64,000 bases of DNA, from NCBI GenBank assembly GCA_949287225.1, contig CASEFP010000033.1, positions 9,689-73,688 of the forward strand. Direction: 5' to 3'. The stretch comes from an uncultured Lentisphaeria bacterium. GTDB lineage: Bacteria; Verrucomicrobiota; Lentisphaeria; Victivallales; UBA1829. The notes beneath the pieces were generated by a model. The model was not told where the DNA came from. It worked only from the letters and a program-made list of their open reading frames with translations, and ran no database searches. Within the stretch, counting starts at the first letter, position 1. Each line of letters opens with the position of its first letter. The position numbers and the translations under genes were made by a program. Of the stretch, positions 16,942 to 25,624 are shown piece after piece.

Positions 16942-18807
16942 ATGAGTTTGATCTGGAATGAAAAGAACACTCCGGCGGAACTGCATTCCATTTTGCGGAC
17001 GCTCGGAGAGGAGTATCCCCTGCGGGAAGGTTCACAGGGCGTCTGCCTGAGCTTCGAGAAGGCGGCGGAACGGGAAACACTGCGTGTGACGAAACACGAT
17101 GACGCGTTTCTTGTGACTTACGGCGATCCATCTTTTGCCGCGCGCGGCGTCGCAAATGCCCTGTCCGGGCAGGAGTGCGACGAGGAAATCTGCTTCACCA
17201 CACACGGCATTCTGCTGGACTGTTCGCGTGCCCCCGTCGTGCGGGCTGATTATTTCAAACGCTGGCTCCGGCGCCTTGCTCTGCTCGGCTACAATATGGC
17301 GATGCTCTATACGAAAGACGCGTATCAGCTTCCGGGAGAGACCTATTTCGGTTACATGCGCGGAGCTTATTCCATGGAGGAGATCCGGGAAATCGACGCG
17401 TATGCAAAACAGCTCGGCATCGAGATCATCGCCTCGATTCAGGCGCTCGGCCATCTGGAGCCGGTTCTGCGCTGGGGCGTTTATCATGAGGTCAGGGATA
17501 CGGACAACGTGATTCTGGCGGACTGTGAAAAATCCTATGTGCTTCTGGAAAAGATGATCCGCTTCTGGAGCGACGCGCTTTCCTCCCGGAGGATTCATCT
17601 CGGGATGGACGAAACGCACGATCTCGGGCGCGGCAGATTCATGGACATGCACGGATACGAACGGCCGTTTGACATCTACAACCGCCATTTGAACCGTCTT
17701 TGCGGTATCTGCACGAAATATGATCTCAAACCGGTCATCTGGAACGACATGTATTTCCGCTACGCGAACAGGACGCAGAGTTATTATGATACGGAATCGC
17801 CGGTCCCGCAGGACGTGAAGGACGCGATTCCGAAGATGGTCCAGCTTTCCTACTGGGACTACTACCATCGCGATGAGGAGACGTATCTCAGGATGCTGGA
17901 ACGGTCGCGCGATCTGAACGGCAATGCTCCGTTCATGGCGTCGGGCGTCTGGACCTGGTCGCGTCTCTGGTATGACCCGGAGCAGACCCTTGCCACTGTG
18001 AAACCCTGTGTCGACGCCTGCCGGCGCCTGGGCATCCGCGACATGGTCTACACGATGTGGGGCGACGACGGCGGCTACTGTGAATTTGAATCCGCGTTCG
18101 CGGGGCTTGCCTGGGCGGCGGACTATGCGTTCAATGCCGAGCCTTCCGATATGCGTGTGAGCGCTCTTTACCATGCGGTCTGCGGAAGTTCTTATGAACT
18201 GCAGACGGAACTCGGAAAAATGGAGATCGCCTGCCGCGAAGGAGCGCGCGAAACATGGTACAATGTCAATGCCGCTTCCGTGCTCTGGGATGATCCGCTG
18301 ATGGGGATCGTCTGGCACGAGATGCTGGCACGCGATCCGGAGATCTGGAACAGGGCGCTGGAGACTTACCGGACTCTGCGCGGCAGGGTGGAGGCGCACC
18401 GCGAAGACCGCGCGGCGGGAATCGTCAATCACGCGTGGAACATTCTGAATGTGCTGGCGAAGAAGGTCGAACTGCGTCTTGTGCTGCTGAACGCCTATGC
18501 GAAACGCGACTTTTCCACGCTCGGCGTTGTCGCGGAAAAATATGTGCCCGAGGTGATCGAGGCAGTTGAAGGACTCAATGAATCCTTCCGCGACCAGTGG
18601 TTCCGGGGATACAAGTCCTACGGCCTTGAAATCATGCAGATCCGTCTGGCGGGACTCCGCGAGCGGTATGAGGAGCTGGCGCGCCGGATCGACGAACTGC
18701 TCGACGGGCGGATCGAAGCGATCGACGAGCTGGAGCTTCATCCGGAATGCGCCGGCCTGGGCGAGACGCGCTACCGGATGCTGGCCACCGGCGGATGGTT
18801 TGTCTGA
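16942..18807 (+). CDS. GH20-family beta-N-acetylhexosaminidase-like protein (leaderless)
   Basis: 621 aa. Motifs: 'HGILLDCSRAPV', 'LALLGYNMAMLYTKDAY', and 'IHLGMDETHDLG' (H-x-G-x-D-E catalytic pair region). No signal peptide. Confidence 0.75.
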   Translation: MSLIWNEKNTPAELHSILRTLGEEYPLREGSQGVCLSFEKAAERETLRVTKHDDAFLVTYGDPSFAARGVANALSGQECDEEICFTTHGILLDCSRAPVVRADYFKRWLRRLALLGYNMAMLYTKDAYQLPGETYFGYMRGAYSMEEIREIDAYAKQLGIEIIASIQALGHLEPVLRWGVYHEVRDTDNVILADCEKSYVLLEKMIRFWSDALSSRRIHLGMDETHDLGRGRFMDMHGYERPFDIYNRHLNRLCGICTKYDLKPVIWNDMYFRYANRTQSYYDTESPVPQDVKDAIPKMVQLSYWDYYHRDEETYLRMLERSRDLNGNAPFMASGVWTWSRLWYDPEQTLATVKPCVDACRRLGIRDMVYTMWGDDGGYCEFESAFAGLAWAADYAFNAEPSDMRVSALYHAVCGSSYELQTELGKMEIACREGARETWYNVNAASVLWDDPLMGIVWHEMLARDPEIWNRALETYRTLRGRVEAHREDRAAGIVNHAWNILNVLAKKVELRLVLLNAYAKRDFSTLGVVAEKYVPEVIEAVEGLNESFRDQWFRGYKSYGLEIMQIRLAGLRERYEELARRIDELLDGRIEAIDELELHPECAGLGETRYRMLATGGWFV

Positions 18808-18868
18808 AAAAATTACCGGCGGATGGATCCGTCCGCTGCAACCTGTTTTCAAAAAGGAAACTTCAATC

Positions 18869-20545
18869 ATGAGCAAAGAGTCTGATCGTCAGGCGATGCA
18901 TTTCATCGAAAACGAAACCCAGTTTCACCTCGGCTTTCTGCCGACGGAGCAGTCCAGTCCGCTGACGCGGAATCTGGACCGCGAATTCGCTTCCGGAAGC
19001 GGAAACGGCGTGCGCTGTCTTCAGCGCGTCGACCGCAATGTGCTGGAAATGGCGGGGCGCATTTTCCGGAGCGAAGCGTTCCGGCGTCTGGTGGAGAGCG
19101 GAAAAAAGACCATCGCCGACGGAGGGAAAATCGTCTTTTCCGGCTGCGGCGCGACAGGCCGCCTGAGCATTCTTCTTGAGTGCATGTGGCGCGACTGCTG
19201 TGCGAAACACGCGTCCGTTGCGCGTTATGCCGATCAGGTATGCAGCATCATGACCGGCGGCGATTACGCGCTTGTCCGTTCCGTGGAGTTCTTCGAGGAT
19301 TATCAGGAGTTCGGCCGTCAGCAGGTGCGGGAAATGGGCATGACCGGCAATGACATGCTCGTCGCGATCACCGAGGGCGGCGAAACCTCCTCCGTGCTCG
19401 GAACCGTGGACGAGGCGCTCCGCCGCGGATCGAAGGTTTTTCTGATGTTCAACAATCCCGCCGATCTTCTGGCGGAGCATCTGGAACGTTCGCGCCAGGC
19501 GATCCGGAATCCCGCCGTCTGCGTGCTGGACCTCTCCTGCGGGCCGATGGGACTTGCCGGATCGACGAGAATGCAGGCGACGACCTCCGAACAGCTGGTC
19601 GGAGGCGCCGCGCTGGAGCTGGTCATGTGCTCGCTCCTGAACGTGCCCGCGCCGGACTATGTCAGGGAATTTGAAACCCTGCTCGGAGAACTTGAAGCGT
19701 CCGCGGACACGATCGGAGCTTATATCGACTTCGAGGCGGGCGTCTACCGGAAGAAAGGAAAGATCACCTATTTTGCGGACGACTTCCTTCTGGACATCTT
19801 CACCGATACGACCGAACGCTCCCCGACGTTCATGCTTCCGCCGTTCCGGAAAAAGGATGACAAGGTCTCTCCGATGCCGTGGGCGTTTGTCAAGAATCCG
19901 CTGCGCACGACGCCGGAGGTCTGGGAGCACGGCATGCACCGCGCACTGCGCTGTCTGGAGTGGACCCCGGAAGACTACAAACGCATGGGCGCGCCGGAGG
20001 CGATTCAGGCGAATCCTCCGAAAATCGCCGCTGCGGAACTCCTGAAATTCGAAGTCGGAAACGAGTCCGTGGCGGAGCGCTGCGGCTCCGGAGAGGACGG
20101 CGCCGTTCTCGTGACCGTCGGGGGGCAGGGGGACGGCCCGGACCTTCAGAGGGCGTTTGATACCCTTTCCGCCGGATTCCGTTATAAGAAACGTCTCGCG
20201 GTAGGAGGGAGCGGTGCGGCGGATTTCAAAATTCCCGTCACCTGCGCGGACACTCCGCTGCATCTCATGTTCCATATGGCCGTGAAGCTGGTTCTGAACA
20301 CCGCTTCGACGGGGATCATGGTGACGCTCGGGCGCGTCACGGGGAACTGGATGAGCTGGGTCGATGTGACCAACAAGAAGCTGATGGACCGGGGCATCCG
20401 GCTGATCTGCGAGATCGGCGGACTGGATTACCGCGAGAGCTGCAGACGGCTGTTCGCCGCCGTCGAGGAACTTGCGGCAAGTCCGGCTCCGGCAAAGGAG
20501 AAACCTTCCGCCGTCCAGATTGTGCTCAACAGTCTGCGGAAATAA
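18869..20545 (+). CDS. Double-SIS-domain protein (MurQ etherase/GCKR-like)
   Basis: 558 aa from 'MSKESDRQAMHFIENETQFHLGFLPTEQ'. Motifs: 'GGKIVFSGCGATGRLS', 'LVAITEGGETSSV' and 'GSTRMQATTSEQLV' (cf. MurQ G-S-T-R-L-K). It is about twice the length of MurQ. The track ORF's 5' extension (18566-18868) overlaps the GH20 gene and was discarded. Confidence 0.65.
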   Translation: MSKESDRQAMHFIENETQFHLGFLPTEQSSPLTRNLDREFASGSGNGVRCLQRVDRNVLEMAGRIFRSEAFRRLVESGKKTIADGGKIVFSGCGATGRLSILLECMWRDCCAKHASVARYADQVCSIMTGGDYALVRSVEFFEDYQEFGRQQVREMGMTGNDMLVAITEGGETSSVLGTVDEALRRGSKVFLMFNNPADLLAEHLERSRQAIRNPAVCVLDLSCGPMGLAGSTRMQATTSEQLVGGAALELVMCSLLNVPAPDYVREFETLLGELEASADTIGAYIDFEAGVYRKKGKITYFADDFLLDIFTDTTERSPTFMLPPFRKKDDKVSPMPWAFVKNPLRTTPEVWEHGMHRALRCLEWTPEDYKRMGAPEAIQANPPKIAAAELLKFEVGNESVAERCGSGEDGAVLVTVGGQGDGPDLQRAFDTLSAGFRYKKRLAVGGSGAADFKIPVTCADTPLHLMFHMAVKLVLNTASTGIMVTLGRVTGNWMSWVDVTNKKLMDRGIRLICEIGGLDYRESCRRLFAAVEELAASPAPAKEKPSAVQIVLNSLRK

Positions 20546-20661
20546 TTTCGAAACATCCGTCCGTGCCGCGCTTTTTCCTTTTCCCGGATCGTTCGGAGAT
20601 TGAAATCCGCGGCAGATGACGGTATATTTCTGTCCTGGCAATGAAACAAGGAGACGGAAAT

Positions 20662-21939
20662 ATGAATCAGAAACTGAAGCTGGAAACTCTGGCCGTTCAG
20701 GCCGGATACACGCCGGAAAACGGCGGCCCGCGCGTCGTGCCGATCGCGCAGAGCACAACCTATAAATATGACGATGCGCAGAGCGTCGCCGATCTATTCG
20801 ATCTGAAACGCCCCGGATTTTTCTATACGCGCCTTGCCAACCCGACGGTGGACTGCTTTGAAAAGAAGATCGCCGCGCTGGAAGGCGGCGTCGCCGCGGT
20901 CGCGACGAGTTCCGGGCAGAATGCAAACACGCTGGCGATCATGAACATCGCGCGGAGCGGGGACCACATCGTGGCGATCTCCAGTCTCTACGGCGGAACG
21001 GTTTCGCTGTTCTCCAATACGCTGAAAAAAATGGGGGTGGAATTCACCTTTGTTCTTCCCGATGCGCCTCTGGAGGAACTGGAGGCGGCAATCCGCCCGA
21101 ACACGAAGGCAATTTTCGCCGAGGTTCTGGCGAATCCCGCGCTGATTGTTCTGGACATTGAAAAAATGGCGCAGGCCGCCCATCGCCACGGGCTTCCGCT
21201 GATCGTGGACAACACCTTCCCGACGCCGTTCCTCTGCCGTCCTTTCGAGTACGGCGCGGATATTGTGACGCACTCCACCACGAAGTATATCGACGGACAC
21301 GCCACAAGCGTCGGCGGAATCGTTGTCGAGAAGGGGGGATTCGACTGGGGCAACGGAAAGTTTCCCGAATTCGTCAACCCCGACGCGAGCTATCACGGAC
21401 TGGTCTATACGAAAAGTTTCCCGGAGGCGCCATACTCGGTGAAACTGCGCGTCCAGTGGATCCGTGACCTCGGCACGCCGATGATGCCGTTCAATGCGTT
21501 TCTTTCGATGGTCGGTGTCGAGACGCTGCACGTGCGGATGGAACGGCACTGTCAGAACGCACTGGCGCTGGCGGAGTTCCTCGAATCCCATCCGAAGGTG
21601 GCCTGGGTGAACTATCCCGGACTCAAATCCAGCCCGCAGTATCCGCTCGCGCAGAAATATCTGCCGCGCGGCGCAAGCGGCGTGCTCTGCTTCGGCGTCA
21701 AGGGCGGCAAGGAGGCCGGCGAAAAAGTCATGAACAATCTGAAGATCGCGGCGATTGTCGTTCACGTTGCGGATGTCCGCACCGGCGTGCTCCATCCGGC
21801 GAGCATGACGCACCGCCAGCTCAGCGAAGAGGAGCTGATTGCCGCCGGCGTGTCGCCGGATCTGATCCGCGTTTCCGTCGGCATTGAGCACATCGACGAC
21901 CTGAAAGCCGATTTCGATCAGGCGCTGAATCAGGCGTAA
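20662..21939 (+). CDS. metY: O-acetylhomoserine aminocarboxypropyltransferase/sulfhydrylase (PLP-dependent)
   Basis: 425 aa from 'MNQKLKLETLAVQAGY', with AGGAG 8 nt upstream. Motifs: 'QSTTYKYDD' and the PLP-Lys region 'HSTTKYIDGH'. Confidence 0.85.
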   Translation: MNQKLKLETLAVQAGYTPENGGPRVVPIAQSTTYKYDDAQSVADLFDLKRPGFFYTRLANPTVDCFEKKIAALEGGVAAVATSSGQNANTLAIMNIARSGDHIVAISSLYGGTVSLFSNTLKKMGVEFTFVLPDAPLEELEAAIRPNTKAIFAEVLANPALIVLDIEKMAQAAHRHGLPLIVDNTFPTPFLCRPFEYGADIVTHSTTKYIDGHATSVGGIVVEKGGFDWGNGKFPEFVNPDASYHGLVYTKSFPEAPYSVKLRVQWIRDLGTPMMPFNAFLSMVGVETLHVRMERHCQNALALAEFLESHPKVAWVNYPGLKSSPQYPLAQKYLPRGASGVLCFGVKGGKEAGEKVMNNLKIAAIVVHVADVRTGVLHPASMTHRQLSEEELIAAGVSPDLIRVSVGIEHIDDLKADFDQALNQA

Positions 21940-21941
21940 TG

Positions 21942-21990
21942 AAAAAGAGGAACGCGGGGCGGCCATGTCGGTTCCCCGCGTTCTTTTTTC
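21942..21990. terminator. Bidirectional intrinsic terminator between convergent genes
   Basis: A5 run, then the GGAACGCGGGG (21949-21959) / CCCCGCGTTC (21974-21983) stem, then T6 (21984-21989). Confidence 0.7.
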
Positions 21991-22011
21991 ATCGGAGACG
22001 GGAAGGAATTT

Positions 22012-23664
22012 TCATTTCCGCGCTTTACATTCCGCAAGGCATTTTGCAAGCGACTCCCAGGCGAGCTTCGGCACGCGGTATTCGTTGACGACACCCTTGT
22101 TGTTGAATCCGCGCGGGCGCATGGTCGCTCTTCCGTCGGAATAGGTCTTTGTGTCGGAGAAATGCCAGAAGGCGACGCCGGACCAGCGTTCCTCCGTCCA
22201 GATCTCCTCCAGGACACTTTCCAGAAGTTCCGCCTGATACTCCTCGGACCAGCGCAGCCCGCTGTGGTCGCCGATCAGCGCCGCCGCTCCGATTTCGCTC
22301 AGGATCAATCCCTTGTTCCGGTATCTCTCCTGCGAGGCGAACTCCGCGATCCTCCGCAGTTCGGCGAGCACTTCCTCCTTCGGGAACTGCTGCGCGTCCT
22401 GAATGCCGTACCATCCCGGATAGGTGTTGAAGGAGAGTACATCCAGCGAATCCAGGCAGAGATCCTTGAAAATCCGGCATGAGGCAAATGTGACCAGGCG
22501 GGAATTGTCTTCTTCCCGGATGGTCTGCGCGAGTGTCTCCACCAGATTGGTTGCGCTTTCCTCATGGGTTGCCGCCTCATTGAGGAATCCCCAGAGAATG
22601 ATGCACGGGTGGTTGACGCTTTTGCGCACCATTCTGCGGGTCTGATCAATCTGTTCGCGCTGGAAAACAGGGTCGGTGAGACTCTGGACCGTGTTTCCCC
22701 ATCCGAGTGACTCGTCCCAGACCAGAAGCCCGATTTCATCGCAGATCGACAGCATCGCCTCGGATTGCGCATAATGGCAGCCGCGGATGAAGTTGTAGCC
22801 TTTCGCGCGGATCATCTCCAGATCGTTGCGTGTGAGCTCCTCCGGGATCGCGTAGCCGTAATCCGGATGCGCGTCGTGGCGGTTGAATCCGATTAATTTG
22901 AGGGTTTCACCGTTCAGCGTGATGCGCCCGTCGCGGATCCCGGCCTTGCGCATTCCGAAGCGGATGGACTGTTCCTCCTCTCCCGCGCGGAGGTGAAGCG
23001 TGTGCAGATGCGGCGTTTCGGGCGTCCAGAGCTTGTGATCTGGCACCCTGCAGACGGTTTCCGCGACATTTCCCGTGACGGGAACGCGGAACGCTTCTCC
23101 ATTGTCGAAACGCAGTTCGACTTCCATCTGTTTTTCCGCGGTTCCGCCCAGTTCCAGGTGAATCGCGACCGTGCCTTCCTTCAGGTCCAGCGGCGTGACA
23201 CGCACATAGTCGAGATAAATGCCCGGAATTTCCGTGAGGGAAACACTCCTGTAAATGCCTCCATAGGCATAGAAGTCATAATAGGGCTGGAACATGGAGG
23301 AGGCGGTGCGGTCGAACACGTTCTCAGTGGCGATGACAAGCTCGTGAGAGACTCGTGTTCCCGCATTGAATACGAAGGATTCTTTTGTGAAGGGTTTCGT
23401 CATGGAGGCAATCTTTTTTCCGTCCCAGAAAATCTCCGCGCGCAGTCCGATCCCGCCGATTTCCAGTTTGACGGTTCCGCCGCATTTCACCATCCTGCGA
23501 TAGATGCCGCTCCCGCGCAGAAAACGGAAGCGTCCGCGTGCGTCGAAACAGCCGGGGACAGGCTGCTTGTATTCGTATGAAAGTGCTGCCGGATTGATTT
23601 CCGGCAGGTGCCGTTCCGTGAAATGGAAATCCCACATCCCGTTCAGATTCTGTCTGTTCAACAT
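22012..23664 (-). CDS. GH2-family beta-glucuronidase-like glycosidase (leaderless)
   Basis: 550 aa from 'MLNRQNLNGMWDF'. Motifs: 'NRHDAHPDYGYA', 'NFIRGCHYAQSE', 'NHPCIILWGFLNEA' (acid/base region), 'LILSEIGAAAL' (nucleophile region) and 'GFNNKGVVNEYRVPK' (cf. GUS G-N-K-K-G-I-F-T-R-D-R-K-P-K). Confidence 0.8.
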   Translation of the reverse strand: MLNRQNLNGMWDFHFTERHLPEINPAALSYEYKQPVPGCFDARGRFRFLRGSGIYRRMVKCGGTVKLEIGGIGLRAEIFWDGKKIASMTKPFTKESFVFNAGTRVSHELVIATENVFDRTASSMFQPYYDFYAYGGIYRSVSLTEIPGIYLDYVRVTPLDLKEGTVAIHLELGGTAEKQMEVELRFDNGEAFRVPVTGNVAETVCRVPDHKLWTPETPHLHTLHLRAGEEEQSIRFGMRKAGIRDGRITLNGETLKLIGFNRHDAHPDYGYAIPEELTRNDLEMIRAKGYNFIRGCHYAQSEAMLSICDEIGLLVWDESLGWGNTVQSLTDPVFQREQIDQTRRMVRKSVNHPCIILWGFLNEAATHEESATNLVETLAQTIREEDNSRLVTFASCRIFKDLCLDSLDVLSFNTYPGWYGIQDAQQFPKEEVLAELRRIAEFASQERYRNKGLILSEIGAAALIGDHSGLRWSEEYQAELLESVLEEIWTEERWSGVAFWHFSDTKTYSDGRATMRPRGFNNKGVVNEYRVPKLAWESLAKCLAECKARK

Positions 23665-23834
23665 AAAAAGCGTTTCCTTTTTTTGATTTGCATTTTTATG
23701 GCATTGTTTTATATTCTTCACTGTCATTATAATCAGGCATTTAAAAAATGCAATGATAAAATGGTAACATTGATTTTGAATTTTGTAACCCCGGCGGGGA
23801 CTCCGTTTTCGGGGAAAACAGAGAGGATGATTGA

Positions 23835-24632
23835 ATGAAAGTATTTTCCAATTGCATCTTTGCACCGATCCGGAAAAGCGAATTCGGTTTTTTCGTCCGT
23901 TCCACGGGGCATGCCCGCCTGGACCGGATTGACCGCGGGTCCTGCAAAAGAGCGCATTTCCCCGAGATTTTCTGGGTGATGGACGGGGCGGGCCATTTTG
24001 TCCTGAACGGGAAACAGCATCTGGTGAAACCCGGCTATGTCTGGTATTATCCGGTGTGGTCGGAACATTATTTTTTTCCTGCGTCTTCCTTTCTGGAATA
24101 CCGTTTTCTGACAATTGAGGGAAAATCCGCTCCTCTCTTGTTTGACGGACTCGGCTTCAAGGGGGGCGCGCATTACGCGGGGGAGTGCCCGGAGAATTTG
24201 TTCCGCAAACTGGAGCTGGAAATCGCGTCCCCGGAACGGAAACGGCGTCTGGCATCGCTCTCGCTGGCATTTTCGATTCTGACGCTGGCATGTTCCGTGA
24301 CGAAACGGATTTCCGGCACGAAGGGATGCGCGGAGGAGGCGCGTCTGCTGATTGAGGAGGATTTTGCCGATCCCGCACTGAATGTGGCGCGTCTGGCTGA
24401 ACTGCTGCATGTGAACCGGGTTTCGCTGAGTCGGAGTTTCTCGCGCCGCTACGGGACATCCGTTTCCGGATATCTGAACGGGCGTCGGATTCAATCTGCG
24501 CTCGAATATCTGAAGGACACCCGTCTTTCCATTTCGGAAATAGCCTCTCTGTGCGGATTTTCTTCTGCATCGTACTTTTCCCGTGTTGTTGCGGAGACCA
24601 CGGGGCGTCCGCCAGGGAAACTGCGTTTCTGA
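23835..24632 (+). CDS. AraC-family transcriptional regulator
   Basis: 265 aa with an N-terminal cupin-like domain. C-terminal double HTH 'LAELLHVNRVSLSRSFSRRYGTSVSGYL...ISEIASLCGFSSASYFSRVV'. Divergent from the GH2 gene. Confidence 0.85.
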   Translation: MKVFSNCIFAPIRKSEFGFFVRSTGHARLDRIDRGSCKRAHFPEIFWVMDGAGHFVLNGKQHLVKPGYVWYYPVWSEHYFFPASSFLEYRFLTIEGKSAPLLFDGLGFKGGAHYAGECPENLFRKLELEIASPERKRRLASLSLAFSILTLACSVTKRISGTKGCAEEARLLIEEDFADPALNVARLAELLHVNRVSLSRSFSRRYGTSVSGYLNGRRIQSALEYLKDTRLSISEIASLCGFSSASYFSRVVAETTGRPPGKLRF

Positions 24633-24763
24633 CGCACTGTGTTTTCATTTCGAAATTTTGTTTCCGCACTTGTATTTTTCCCGGTGAGATGTATTTTCTT
24701 CAGTCCGTGTTTTTCGTTTGTATCCGCAGGAGGAGAAACGGAAACGCAGCTGAATTCAACTGA

Positions 24764-25549
24764 ATGAGGGAAAAAACGATGCTTACGGTTCTTCTGCCGA
24801 ATTACAAAACCCCGGAACTGACGAAACTGTGCCTTCGTTCCTTGCGGAAATATACGGATTGCAGCCGGATCAAAGTTGTTGCGATCGACAATGCTTCCAA
24901 TGACGAGTCTCTTGTTTATCTTCGCGGTCTCTCGTGGATTACGCTGATCGAGCGGTCCGCTTCGGAGATTCAGGGCATGGCGCCGCCGCTGATGCACTCC
25001 TCCGCGCTGGATCTGGCCCTGGAACAGGTTGATACACCGTATGTGATCTCCATGCATACCGATACGATTGTCCACAATCCGGCATGGCTGGATTATCTGA
25101 TGGAGCATATCAACCGTTCTGAAAAAATCGCAGGCGTGGGAAGCTGGAAACTGGAAACCGTTCCGTTCTGGAAATCCGTCGGGAAGGCGCTGGAGGACGG
25201 CTTCAAGGCTCTGGCTGGAAAAAAACACACTGAATTCCGTTTTCTCCGGAGCCACTGCGCACTCTACCGGACCGAACTTCTGAAAAAACACACCCGGGGA
25301 TTCGGAGACGGCGAATGCGCCGGAAGTTCCATTCACAAGCATCTTCTTGCCGCGGGTTACGAACTGGAATTCCTGCCGGTCGGCGAGCTTTCGCGCTATA
25401 TGGCGCATCTGAATCACGCAACGATGATCCTGAATCCCGAACTTGCGGGACGGCGCACTTCCAGCCGGAAGTCCTTCGAGAAACTCGGCGGAAAAATGAA
25501 GGCGGAAAGTTACCAGCGCATTCTGGCGGACGATTCGCTCGACGCATGA
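24764..25549 (+). CDS. Family 2 glycosyltransferase
   Basis: 261 aa. Motifs: 'LTVLLPNYKTPELTKLCLRSL' and 'VVAIDNASNDES'. An alternative start is at 24779. Confidence 0.7.
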   Translation: MREKTMLTVLLPNYKTPELTKLCLRSLRKYTDCSRIKVVAIDNASNDESLVYLRGLSWITLIERSASEIQGMAPPLMHSSALDLALEQVDTPYVISMHTDTIVHNPAWLDYLMEHINRSEKIAGVGSWKLETVPFWKSVGKALEDGFKALAGKKHTEFRFLRSHCALYRTELLKKHTRGFGDGECAGSSIHKHLLAAGYELEFLPVGELSRYMAHLNHATMILNPELAGRRTSSRKSFEKLGGKMKAESYQRILADDSLDA

Positions 25550-25624
25550 ACGGCGCACCTTTTCCGGATGTTTTCTTCTGATTCTGCGACAGATACGGGG
25601 GCGGCATTTTCCGTGCCCGCGGAT

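Noticed and set aside
18313-18330. TGGCAC-containing sequence ('TGGCACGAGATGCTGG') resembling a sigma-54 -24 element.
   Set aside because: It lies inside the GH20 coding sequence, and the GC dinucleotide is at the wrong spacing for a -12 element.
18566-18868. 101-codon N-terminal extension of the double-SIS ORF.
   Set aside because: It overlaps the 3' end of the GH20 gene in another frame and is Ser/Arg/Trp-rich. The ATG at 18869 follows the GH20 stop and starts the MurQ-like sequence.
20546-20661. Possible SAM or methionine riboswitch upstream of metY.
   Set aside because: I could not recognise S-box, SAM-II/V or SAM-SAH consensus elements by eye. Only a generic long hairpin is present, which I report as a low-interest finding that needs an Rfam scan.
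17032-20926. Two very long minus-strand ORFs (17032-18876, 614 aa; 18863-20926, 687 aa).
   Set aside because: They are antisense to the GH20, double-SIS and metY genes, all of which show family motifs in the sense frame. The antisense products are Arg/Pro/Gly/His-rich, and one spans two unrelated genes and an intergenic region.
23665-24114. 150-codon N-terminal extension of the GH2 ORF (the track ORF is 22012-24114).
   Set aside because: The extension runs through the AT-rich divergent promoter region and into the AraC gene on the other strand. Its sequence is non-protein-like ('...YHFIIAFFKCLIIMTVKNIK'). GH2 homology begins at 'MLNRQNLNGMWDF' (ATG at 23664).
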